From Candidatus Electronema halotolerans (lineage in GTDB: Bacteria > Desulfobacterota > Desulfobulbia > Desulfobulbales > Desulfobulbaceae): a DNA stretch of 32,000 bases. Within the stretch, counting starts at the first letter, position 1. Each line of letters starts with the position of its first letter. The stretch covers positions 2,820,001 to 2,852,000 of the forward strand of contig OW818675.1 of assembly GCA_942493095.1 (NCBI GenBank). Reading direction: 5' to 3'. Below the pieces are notes generated by a model. The model had not been told where the DNA came from and searched no databases. It saw only the letters and a list, made by a program, of their open reading frames with translations. Made by a program: the position numbers and the translations under genes. Of the stretch, positions 1-8,201 are shown piece by piece.

Positions 1-296
1 AAGACGTGTATGAAGGCAAAGGCACCTATATTTTCCCGGACGGCAGCAAGTATGTCGGCGAGCTGTCTGGCGGCTTTTTCTCCGGCCAAGGCACGCTGAC
101 CTATAAGAACGGAAAAAAATACACGGGGTCTTTTCAACATGATCTGCCCAATGGCCAAGGAACCCTGATCATGCCGGACGGCAGTGTCTATAAAGGCATG
201 TTCAAGGCTGGCAAACGCAACGGCAAGGGTGCTGTCACCCAGCCGGACGGGCGGGTGGTCAGGGGCCTGTTCAAGAATGACGAACTTGTCAAATAA
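1..296 (+). CDS. MORN-repeat protein, C-terminal part (5' end lies outside the window)
   Basis: The frame is open from the window edge. It holds four tandem ~23-aa repeats of the Y-x-G-...-G-x-G type (YEGKGTYIFPDGSKY, YVGELSGGFFSGQGTLTYKNGKKY, YTGSFQHDLPNGQGTLIMPDGSVY, YKGMFKAGKRNGKGAVTQPDGRV), typical of MORN repeats. Confidence 0.75.
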   Translation, partial: DVYEGKGTYIFPDGSKYVGELSGGFFSGQGTLTYKNGKKYTGSFQHDLPNGQGTLIMPDGSVYKGMFKAGKRNGKGAVTQPDGRVVRGLFKNDELVK

Positions 297-314
297 CAAC
301 AGGAATAACATATC

Positions 315-608
315 GTGCAATGGCAATATAAAACTATCCTTATTGAATTCCAGAAGGACGGGCTGCTGGGCGACAAGTACATTGATGAGGATGAGACCGA
401 GGCGGCACTCAATGCCGAAGGCCGACACGGCTGGGAGCTGGTGACTGCGACCTTGGTCCCGGAGGGAATGCTGCTCTTCTGCAAGAAGGAGCTGCTGCCC
501 GGCGAGGAGCCGGACAGCATGACGGAAGAGGAGGCGGAGGCTGAAGAAGATGAAGAGGAGCTGCCAGAGGATGACAGCAGCGGTCTTGGCAGCATCAAAA
601 TTTTTTGA
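315..608 (+). CDS. DUF4177-like small protein with an acidic C-terminal tail
   Basis: GTG start at 315. The N-terminal 50 aa (WQYKTI...DETEAALNAEGRHGWELVTATLV) match my recollection of the DUF4177 pattern. The tail is Glu/Asp-rich (EEEAEAEEDEEELPEDD). Confidence 0.6.
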   Translation: MQWQYKTILIEFQKDGLLGDKYIDEDETEAALNAEGRHGWELVTATLVPEGMLLFCKKELLPGEEPDSMTEEEAEAEEDEEELPEDDSSGLGSIKIF

Positions 609-623
609 GCTGGGAATGATGCG

Positions 624-1676
624 GTGAGCTTTTACGTCTTCAAGCGCATTCTTCTCATGATTCCGACTCTGTTCGGCATCATGCTGATCACCTTTGCCGT
701 CACCCAGTTTGTGCCGGGCGGGCCAGTGGAAAAAATGGTCGCCCAGCTGGAGCACCGGGGCGGCGAGGCGGCGGGCGGCAGTGCCGGAGTCTATCAGGGC
801 AAGCAGGGCTTGGATCAGGAGCGCATTGAGCAGCTGAGAAAGCTCTACGGCTTTGACCAGCCGCCAGTGCAGCGTTTTTTCAAGATGATGGCTTCGTACT
901 TGGTCTTTGATTTTGGTGAATCCTATTATCACCAGAAGGATGTGACCGAGCTGGTCATTTCCAAGCTGCCCGTGTCCATGTCGCTTGGTCTCTGGTCCTT
1001 TTTCATTGTCTATTCAGTCTGCATTCCGCTCGGCATCCGCAAGGCAGTGCAGGACGGCTCCCGTTTTGATGTCTTCACCAGCAGCGTCATTCTGGTCGGC
1101 TATGCTGTTCCCGGCTTTGTGCTCGGACTGGCCCTGATTGTCCTCTTTGGCGGCGGCAGCTTCTGGAACATTTTTCCGCTGCGCGGCTTGGTCTCAGATA
1201 ACTGGCAGCAGCTCAGTTGCACCGGCAAAATATTGGATTATCTTTGGCATATCGTCCTGCCAGTCACAGCCTCGACAGTGGGCAGCCTGGCCGTGATGAC
1301 CCTGCTGACCAAGAATTCCTTTTTGGAAGAAATCCGCAAGCAATATGTGCTGACTGCCCGTGCCAAGGGTCTGAGTGAACGGCAGGTGCTGTACGGCCAT
1401 GTCTTCCGCAATGCGATCATTCCAATCATCACCGGCTTTCCCGGCTCCTTCATCACCGCCTTTTTCACTGGCAGCCTGCTGATTGAGACCATTTTTTCCT
1501 TGGACGGCATGGGCCTGCTGGCCTACGAGTCAGTGCTCAACCGCGACTATCCAGTTGTGCTCGGCACCTTGTATTTTTTCACCATCCTTGGCCTGATATC
1601 CCGGCTTCTTTCAGACCTCAGCTATGTCTGGGCCGATCCGAGGATCAGCTTTGACAGCTTGGAGCGGCGCAGATGA
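624..1676 (+). CDS. yejB: ABC transporter permease, oligopeptide/microcin-C (YejB/OppB-like) family
   Basis: 350 aa and multi-TM. The N-terminus FKRILLMIPTLFGIMLITFAVTQFVPGGPVE and the EAA-like loop (LTARAKGLSERQVLYGHVFRNAIIPIIT) are typical of binding-protein-dependent permeases. GTG at 624 is the first start after the in-frame stop at 606-608. Confidence 0.85.
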   Translation: MSFYVFKRILLMIPTLFGIMLITFAVTQFVPGGPVEKMVAQLEHRGGEAAGGSAGVYQGKQGLDQERIEQLRKLYGFDQPPVQRFFKMMASYLVFDFGESYYHQKDVTELVISKLPVSMSLGLWSFFIVYSVCIPLGIRKAVQDGSRFDVFTSSVILVGYAVPGFVLGLALIVLFGGGSFWNIFPLRGLVSDNWQQLSCTGKILDYLWHIVLPVTASTVGSLAVMTLLTKNSFLEEIRKQYVLTARAKGLSERQVLYGHVFRNAIIPIITGFPGSFITAFFTGSLLIETIFSLDGMGLLAYESVLNRDYPVVLGTLYFFTILGLISRLLSDLSYVWADPRISFDSLERRR

Positions 1677-2533
1677 AACGAATTGACATGTTCAGGAACG
1701 TGGCGGCAGCAGGTCTTGTCCTGATTCTGCTACTTTCCAGCGCAGGACAATCAGCGGCGAACAGCATTTCACGGGAGGAACTGCTACAGATGCTCACCAC
1801 TGAGACAGATGTTGATCCGATTCAACTCCGTGCGCTGCCTGCGGAAAATTTTCAGGAGCAGGAGCAGGGCCAGGCTGTGGGCCGGGTGCAGTGGGTGCAG
1901 GGAGCGGTTATTTTTATTCCCAAGGGCGGCTACAGCGCCTATCATTTAAATAAAAGCGTGCCTGTGGCAGTGCATGACGGCGACACGCTCATCACAGCCA
2001 AGAACAGCCGCGTCACCCTGCTGATGAACGACAAGAGCAAACTGACCCTGACCCCGCAGTCAAAAATGGTGATTGATCAGTCCTTGTATAATCCTGCCAC
2101 CAATCGCCGCGACACCAAGCTGCGGCTGCTGCTCGGACGGCTGCGGGCGGTTGTCGCCAAAATCACTGGAGAAAATTCCTACAGCATCCAGACTCCGACC
2201 GCGACCGCCGGAGTGCGGGGCACGGATTTTGCCTTGGCAGCCAATCCTGAAATGACCGCCCTGCTGACCGGCGGCGGCGATTCCACTGTGGAGCTGACCA
2301 GCGCGGCAGGCAGCCGTTTCACAGTCGGCCCCTTGTCTATGGCCGGGGTCTGTCCCACCTGCCAGCCTGATTATCTGGATCAAACCGCCTTGGATATGCT
2401 GCATGACATCGCGCCAGAGCTTGACTCAGTCAAAAAAATACGCTGTTGGCCAATCTTCAGAATGGAAACAATTTTCAGCAGGGAAAAAGTGCACAACTGC
2501 ACGGTTGACTGCGACCAGCAGGATGCCTTGTAA
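1673..2533 (+). CDS. Secreted FecR-domain protein inserted between the two ABC permease genes
   Basis: Signal-peptide-like N-terminus (MFRNVAAAGLVLILLLSSAGQSAANS). FecR-type core with GVRGTDFAL. ATGA start/stop overlap with yejB at 1673-1676, and its TAA (2531-2533) directly abuts the ATG of the next gene (2534). Confidence 0.7.
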   Translation: MKRIDMFRNVAAAGLVLILLLSSAGQSAANSISREELLQMLTTETDVDPIQLRALPAENFQEQEQGQAVGRVQWVQGAVIFIPKGGYSAYHLNKSVPVAVHDGDTLITAKNSRVTLLMNDKSKLTLTPQSKMVIDQSLYNPATNRRDTKLRLLLGRLRAVVAKITGENSYSIQTPTATAGVRGTDFALAANPEMTALLTGGGDSTVELTSAAGSRFTVGPLSMAGVCPTCQPDYLDQTALDMLHDIAPELDSVKKIRCWPIFRMETIFSREKVHNCTVDCDQQDAL

Positions 2534-3568
2534 ATGAACACGGCCCGGAAAAAACAGTCCTTGGCCAGCCGCCGCTGGCGCAATTTCAAGAAAAATCGGC
2601 GCGGCTACTGGAGCCTGCTGCTGTTTGCGGTCCTCTTTGTTCTCTCGCTCTTTGCCGAGTTTCTCAGCAATGACAAGCCCTTTCTGGTCAAATACGAGGG
2701 AAGCTGGTATTTTCCGATTGTCAAAAGCTACCCGGAAACCACCTTTGGCGGTGATTTTGCAACCGAAACCGACTACCGCGACCCGTACATTCTCGACAAG
2801 CTGACAACGCCCGGCAACAAGGTCTTTTTCCCGCCCAATCCCTACAGCAGCAATTCCATTGATCTTGATCTGGGTGAGGCAGTTCCGGCTTCGCCCTCAG
2901 CAAGTCACCTTCTCGGCACAGACGACCGGGGCCGGGATGTGCTGGCCCGTCTGATCTACGGCTTCCGCCTCTCCGTGCTCTTCGGCTTTGCCCTGACCCT
3001 GACCGGCACCCTGACCGGCATTGCCGCCGGGGCGGTGCAGGGCTATTTTGGCGGACGCACTGATCTGGTTTTTCAGCGCTTCATCGAAATTTGGAGCGCA
3101 ATGCCGGAACTCTACCTGCTGATCATTTTCGCCTCAATCTTCAAGCCGAGCGCGCTGCTGCTCCTGATTCTGCTCTCGCTCTTCGGCTGGATGGGGCTGT
3201 CTGACTATGTGCGGGCGGAATTCCTCAAAGGCCGCAATCTGGACTATGTCAAGGCGGCCAAGGCCCTTGGCGTGGGCAATCTGACCATCATGCGGCGGCA
3301 CCTGCTGCCCAATGCCATGACTCCGGTGATCACCTTTCTGCCCTTCCGCATGTCCGGGGCCATCTTAGCCCTGACCAGCCTTGATTTTCTTGGTCTGGGC
3401 GTGCCGCCCTCCACGCCCAGTCTGGGCGAGCTGCTGGCCCAGGGCAAGGCCAACATCGAAGCATGGTGGCTCTCCCTTTCGACATTCATCGTGCTGGTCG
3501 GCACGCTGATCCTCTTGATTTTCATCGGCGAAGCCCTGCGGGAAGCCTTTGATCCCCGCAAACAGTGA
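2534..3568 (+). CDS. yejE: ABC transporter permease, YejE/OppC-like family
   Basis: 344 aa and multi-TM. The motifs HLLGTDDRGRDVLARLIYGFR and the EAA loop (YVKAAKALGVGNLTIMRRHLLPNAMTPVIT) are characteristic of OppC/YejE permeases. Confidence 0.85.
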   Translation: MNTARKKQSLASRRWRNFKKNRRGYWSLLLFAVLFVLSLFAEFLSNDKPFLVKYEGSWYFPIVKSYPETTFGGDFATETDYRDPYILDKLTTPGNKVFFPPNPYSSNSIDLDLGEAVPASPSASHLLGTDDRGRDVLARLIYGFRLSVLFGFALTLTGTLTGIAAGAVQGYFGGRTDLVFQRFIEIWSAMPELYLLIIFASIFKPSALLLLILLSLFGWMGLSDYVRAEFLKGRNLDYVKAAKALGVGNLTIMRRHLLPNAMTPVITFLPFRMSGAILALTSLDFLGLGVPPSTPSLGELLAQGKANIEAWWLSLSTFIVLVGTLILLIFIGEALREAFDPRKQ

Positions 3569-3599
3569 ACCCTCAACCTTATCCATCCAGCCGGGAGCA

Positions 3600-4010
3600 A
3601 TGACGACATCATCATATCAGCCTGAAAAACGGCGGTATCATCGCATCATCTTCAAAGACCCAAAAAAAATTGCCGCGCTGATCTCGCCCTTTGATCAGCA
3701 GGAAATGGAGGATGCCGCTGCCGCCTCGATTTTGAACATGAGTGAAGGCGGCATTCAGATGTCTGTGGAAAAAGAAGCTGCCGCAGGACTGTGGCGGGGC
3801 CGGGAGATCATGCTGCACGGCATCAGCGGCCTGCCTGATCTGGCCGGCCTGACCGAAGTGCCGATGCAGGTTGTCTGGATCATAGAAAATGAGTTTCTTG
3901 ATCATGTCCTGATCGGCACCGCCTTTCAGCAGCTTTCTGACCAGCAGCAGCAGAGTCTGAGTGCTTTTGTCCATGCCAGTCTTGCTCTGGACAAGGAAAG
4001 AAGAGCATAG
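3600..4010 (+). CDS. PilZ-domain protein (putative c-di-GMP receptor)
   Basis: ATG at 3600 is preceded by GGGAG. Both PilZ signatures are present: RRYHR (RxxxR) and NMSEGG (D/N-x-S-x-x-G). The track ORF start at 3549 overlaps yejE and lacks an RBS. Confidence 0.7.
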   Translation: MTTSSYQPEKRRYHRIIFKDPKKIAALISPFDQQEMEDAAAASILNMSEGGIQMSVEKEAAAGLWRGREIMLHGISGLPDLAGLTEVPMQVVWIIENEFLDHVLIGTAFQQLSDQQQQSLSAFVHASLALDKERRA

Positions 4011-4042
4011 GTTCAGCACTCTTCTGTTGATAAACAACCATC

Positions 4043-4498
4043 ATGAATTTATTAGAATTATCTGGCAGCGGCAAAAAGATCGGGCTGCTGACCTTGCCTT
4101 TTGCCTTGGCCGGGCTGCTGGCAAACATCTGGCAGCCCTCGTTCTTCAGCCTGGGCGGACCGCCTCCAGCAGTCAAGGCCGCAGCCGTCCTGCTGACTGC
4201 CGCCGGAGTGACTGGCTGGGCTTGGTCAGTGGTGCTGATGCTGACCAAGATACCCAAAAGAGAATTGATGACAACTGGGCCGTATCGCCTGGCAAAGCAT
4301 CCGCTCTATACGAGCATTGCCCTGCTTGTCCTGCCGTGGGCTGGAGTCTTGGGCAATTCATGGCTGGGCTTTCTGCTCGGCGGCATTTTCTATGCGGGCA
4401 GAAGGTGGTACGCTCCTGAAGAGGAGCAGCTACTGGAGCAACGGTTTGGCAAGGAATGGGAGGAATACAAGAGCAGCGTTTTGCTGCCGTGGCTTTAA
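4043..4498 (+). CDS. Membrane methyltransferase-family protein (isoprenylcysteine carboxyl / phospholipid methyltransferase-like)
   Basis: 151 aa and multi-TM. The segment TTGPYRLAKHPLYTS is the usual ICMT/PEMT-family signature region. Confidence 0.55.
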   Translation: MNLLELSGSGKKIGLLTLPFALAGLLANIWQPSFFSLGGPPPAVKAAAVLLTAAGVTGWAWSVVLMLTKIPKRELMTTGPYRLAKHPLYTSIALLVLPWAGVLGNSWLGFLLGGIFYAGRRWYAPEEEQLLEQRFGKEWEEYKSSVLLPWL

Positions 4499-4529
4499 AA
4501 ACGCCCAAGGCATTGCTCCGGGCCTCCTC

Positions 4530-5591
4530 TCAAGCAGCCATGCTCTTGCCTGCCAGCAGACCGCAGGCGGCGGAGATGTCCGCGCCCCGGCTTTTTCTGA
4601 TGAACACCGTGTAATGCGCCTCCATGAGAATTTGCTGAAAGCGGAGCAGCCGTTCAAAAGGCGGACTGGCATAGTTCAGGCCGCCGCCCTCGTTCATAGC
4701 CAGCAGGTTGATCTTGCAGGGAACATCCCGCAGCAGGGCGGCCAGCTTGCGGGCATCTGCGTCTGAGTCATTGATGCCTTGGAACAGGGTGTATTCAAAC
4801 ATGACCCGCTGCCGCTTTTTGCCGGGATAGTTTTTGCAGGCTGACAGAAGCTCTTCGATGGGCCAGCGGTCATTGACCGGCATCAGGCTGCTGCGGGTGG
4901 CATTGTCCGCCGCATGAAGGGACACGGCCAGATTGACCGTGCTTTGGCGGCCCAGCTCCAGCATCTGCGGCACCAGCCCGCAGGTGGAGACCGTAATCCG
5001 CCGGGCCGAGAAATCCAAGCCGCGCTGCTCAGTGAGAATGGACAAGGCGGCCAGCAGGTTGTCAAAATTGGCCAAGGGTTCGCCCATGCCCATGAAAACC
5101 AGATTGGTCAGGCCCAGCTTCAGGCCCTCGTCATCGCCCGCATTTTCCAGCAGCCAGTCGCGCACGGCGCAAATTTGATTGACAATCTCCGCCCGGCTGA
5201 GGTTGCGGCGGAAGCCCATCTGGCCGGTCAGGCAGAAGCGGCATTGCATGGCGCAGCCGACCTGCGAAGAGACGCAGAGCGTGTTTCGGTCTTCTTCCGG
5301 GATCAGCACTGATTCAATCATCAGGCCGTCTTCCAAGTGAAAGCCGAACTTGACTGCCCCGTCTGCTGAGATTTCTGTCAGCGGCTCACTGAAGCGGCTC
5401 ATGCAGGCGCGTTCGGCCAGCACCGCCCGGAACTCTTTGGCCAAGTCGGTCATCTGGGAAAAGTCCGTGATGCCGGGCCGGTAAATCCACGGCAGAAGCT
5501 GGCGGCCCCGGAAGGCGGGTTGGCCCAGCGAGACGGCATATTCCACCAGCTCGTCTTGGGTCAGATTTTTCAGGTCGGTTTGTTGGTGCAT
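4530..5591 (-). CDS. rlmN: 23S rRNA/tRNA adenine-C2 methyltransferase RlmN (radical SAM)
   Basis: Motifs FRGRQLLPWIY, the radical-SAM cluster GCAMQCRFCLTG, MGMGEPL and a C-terminal GADISAACGLL. I start it at MHQQTDLKNL (ATG at 5591), giving 353 aa. The 57-codon upstream extension in the track looks non-coding. Confidence 0.9.
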   Translation of the reverse strand: MHQQTDLKNLTQDELVEYAVSLGQPAFRGRQLLPWIYRPGITDFSQMTDLAKEFRAVLAERACMSRFSEPLTEISADGAVKFGFHLEDGLMIESVLIPEEDRNTLCVSSQVGCAMQCRFCLTGQMGFRRNLSRAEIVNQICAVRDWLLENAGDDEGLKLGLTNLVFMGMGEPLANFDNLLAALSILTEQRGLDFSARRITVSTCGLVPQMLELGRQSTVNLAVSLHAADNATRSSLMPVNDRWPIEELLSACKNYPGKKRQRVMFEYTLFQGINDSDADARKLAALLRDVPCKINLLAMNEGGGLNYASPPFERLLRFQQILMEAHYTVFIRKSRGADISAACGLLAGKSMAA

Positions 5592-5963
5592 ATCATTCAG
5601 GGCAGATTGCTGAGGTAATTCCCAAATGTCCAAGGCGTTGCCTTGGGCTGTAGAAACTCCAAAGGAGTTTTTGTTCTCAATCACGGCGCAGCGGGCTGAT
5701 GAAGAGGAAGGCTCAAGGAGCACAACTTGGCCTGAAATGGTCAATACTGGGCTGGCACCCATTCAAAGCAGCCGGTTTCGTCAAGTTTCCACGTTTTGCC
5801 GTCCTTGGCAAAATGAGCCATTTTTCAGCTCATTTCTGTGCCGATGATTTTTTTCAGATAGTTGTTGCGGAAGAAGGTCATGTACTTTTGATTTTTCTAT
5901 TTACAGAGTCTGATAGTAGAAGAGTTAATGTCTATTTTTTTGAATTCAAATTTATTAAAATAG

Positions 5964-8201
5964 CTACGAACCGGCTTGATTCCTTATATTAATATAAGGA
6001 AAATTTATGTCTCCTTGACAATTAGAAATTGTCACCCAATGGTTCAATGATTCCTTAGATTCTGCGGTGCTGCAAAAAAATTGCCACGAACAATCCATCC
6101 ATATGCTTTCCGTTATATCAGCTTTATCAATCAAAATCTTCTGGAAATGACAGTCTCTCCAATGACTGCAAATTGCTTTTGCTTGATCAAGCAGGAGCGT
6201 TTGCCCCCGCAGCCCTCGAATCCACCTGTTAGATAATTGCGCGTTTCGTAAATCAACTGTAGTCAGTTCCGGCAATACGCGACCCGATGTAGCCAATGTC
6301 TCAATGATCTCTAACGCCAAATCTGAGGCATCTGACCAAGGTCGGGCCAAGGTCGCGACCAACCGCTCGTTGAGCCGCGCCAGCTCCTGTTCAGCCAGCA
6401 AGAACGTGTTATCACAAATAAATTGCTTGGTCAAGCTGGAAACCGGCTGGTCTATGCGGAACGATTCATCTTCCTGCAACTGCCGCATCAGCCAGCGGCT
6501 GAGAAAATATTCCTGCATGGAAGAATGGGAAAATCCGAAGTTATGCTCGCCGAAACGTACCAATAACGTGGAGGTGCGTAAATCTTTTTCTAAAAGTTGG
6601 CTGTTCTTATAGCTGCTGTATTGATCAGCTAATGCAGGTTGCCTTTGTAGCCAAGCGCAGAACCAGTCGTTGAGTTTGTCAATCTTCCAGAGCTGGGTGG
6701 AATGCTGCCAGAACTCTGCTGCTAAATCACTCAAAAGCTGTTGCTTGTGGCGTGGCTTAATCAAATTTTTTTCCTCATCGCGGCTTAGACAATCCTCAAT
6801 TAAGGCTTGATAAAACCCGGCGGCATTAATTGGTTTACCTTGGCTCTTTAGCTCGCGTAGTTTGGGAAGGATGCGGGATAGTTGGCGGAGAAGAAAAGGT
6901 CGTTCAGCCAAATCTTTCAGATACTTCTCTCTGTTAATAAAGGCGAAAATTTGCTCGGCCTCCTCGCTGCCGAGCAGTTTGGTCAGCAGAGCAAGCATTT
7001 GCTCACTGGAAAAAGGCAGCATCTGTAAGGCGCAGTAGTCGCTGCTGCGCAGACCGCTCCGGTTTAGGCCAAGCAAGAAGCCGTCCATCTGCCGCAACGT
7101 CTCAAAATGATGAGTACGACAGGAGATGAGCACTTTCGCCCGCGCTTGGCCTTCTTGCGGAAAAACCCGCAACAGCTCATTGAGAAACTGGCTCTGCATA
7201 TCTGCGGTGTAAAAAACCAGTTTTTCATCCAAGCCGTCAAAAATGCAAAGCAGCTTGCCCTGCTGGGCCGCCTCAATCAACTCTTTAGCTGTGTACGCCT
7301 CAGCCTGCCCATTCAGACGAAGTACGGTTTCCAGCATCTCCTCCAAAGTCGGCTGGCGGGTCTTGCCATTTACGGTGACAAAGGTCGGCACGTCGCGCAA
7401 ATCAAGGTAAACTGGCTTGGGCAGGTTTGACTCCTGCTGGCAACGTTCAGCCAGCCGTTGGGCAAACATACGGCAGGTGAAGGTCTTGCCCATGCCGTAA
7501 TCACCGAGCAAGGCATAAAGACAGGATTTGTCATCCGTCAGCCAGTCGAGCATGTCAGCCAAGGCTTCGCGGGTGGTGATTTGCTCCTCATCCGCTGCCC
7601 GCAAGTGCCGCTCACTGGCCGTGCAAATCCGTTTCAGCTTACCCTTGGCAGGAATATACTCTTCATCCTCGTACAGCTCTTTCCTGCCGCCCTCCAGCAA
7701 GCAGCAGAGCGGTTTTTGCTTTTCCGCCGCCTGCTCCTGCCGCCGCCGAAGTTCCTGCTGCCGCAGCTTGTCCATCTCCTCCGGCTTGCAGCCCTTGCCG
7801 GGCAAATACTCTTCCGGCAGATAATCCCGATTGGCCCGCCCCGTCACCTGCGGCAGCTCCTTGGGTGCTTCAGCCGAGAAACGCAGCCGGGGCGCGCCGC
7901 CTTTGGCCTTGATCCGGGCCACAGTCAAAGAGCGGAAGACCGCCGCAGCCTCTGGCCTGCCACTCCGCTCCGCCTCCTCAGCCGCTTGGGCCGCACCCGC
8001 CTTGAGCCGGGAAAGAAAACTGCGGCAGGCCCCGTCCTTGTCCTTGCTGCCGGAGAAAAGCAGCTCCGCCAGTTCGGCCCGTCCTATCTCGGCCTGCGCA
8101 TCCAAATGCGGACTGAGAGTGTTGAGATTGCGGCTGTCAGCATTGCCCAGCTCGCCGGAGCTGATCAGCAGGTCAAAGGCCCGCAGCACCTGATCAAGCA
8201 T
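5964..8201 (-). CDS. NACHT/STAND P-loop NTPase with C-terminal pentapeptide repeats and an unassigned ~230-aa N-terminal region
   Basis: Walker A is GDYGMGKT (nt 7482-7505) and Walker-B-like is LLCIFDGLDE, followed by a long helical region. The C-terminal ~100 aa read as 5-residue repeats (LRNAQ LSNRW IRGLR GQTLL LDQAK AICSH WRDCH FQKIL IDKAD). The start is taken as ATG at 8201 (MLDQVL) behind GGAGGA, 8 codons inside the track ORF. Confidence 0.8.
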   Translation of the reverse strand: MLDQVLRAFDLLISSGELGNADSRNLNTLSPHLDAQAEIGRAELAELLFSGSKDKDGACRSFLSRLKAGAAQAAEEAERSGRPEAAAVFRSLTVARIKAKGGAPRLRFSAEAPKELPQVTGRANRDYLPEEYLPGKGCKPEEMDKLRQQELRRRQEQAAEKQKPLCCLLEGGRKELYEDEEYIPAKGKLKRICTASERHLRAADEEQITTREALADMLDWLTDDKSCLYALLGDYGMGKTFTCRMFAQRLAERCQQESNLPKPVYLDLRDVPTFVTVNGKTRQPTLEEMLETVLRLNGQAEAYTAKELIEAAQQGKLLCIFDGLDEKLVFYTADMQSQFLNELLRVFPQEGQARAKVLISCRTHHFETLRQMDGFLLGLNRSGLRSSDYCALQMLPFSSEQMLALLTKLLGSEEAEQIFAFINREKYLKDLAERPFLLRQLSRILPKLRELKSQGKPINAAGFYQALIEDCLSRDEEKNLIKPRHKQQLLSDLAAEFWQHSTQLWKIDKLNDWFCAWLQRQPALADQYSSYKNSQLLEKDLRTSTLLVRFGEHNFGFSHSSMQEYFLSRWLMRQLQEDESFRIDQPVSSLTKQFICDNTFLLAEQELARLNERLVATLARPWSDASDLALEIIETLATSGRVLPELTTVDLRNAQLSNRWIRGLRGQTLLLDQAKAICSHWRDCHFQKILIDKADITESIWMDCSWQFFCSTAESKESLNHWVTISNCQGDINFPYINIRNQAGS

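Noticed and set aside
188-598. 136-aa Ser-rich minus-strand ORF
   Set aside because: It is antisense to the MORN and DUF4177 genes. The poly-Ser run is the reverse reading of the Glu/Asp-rich tail codons.
5592-5762. 57-codon N-terminal extension of rlmN (track start 5762)
   Set aside because: RlmN homologues begin close to the LTQDEL...FRGRQ segment. The extension has no RBS and looks non-coding.
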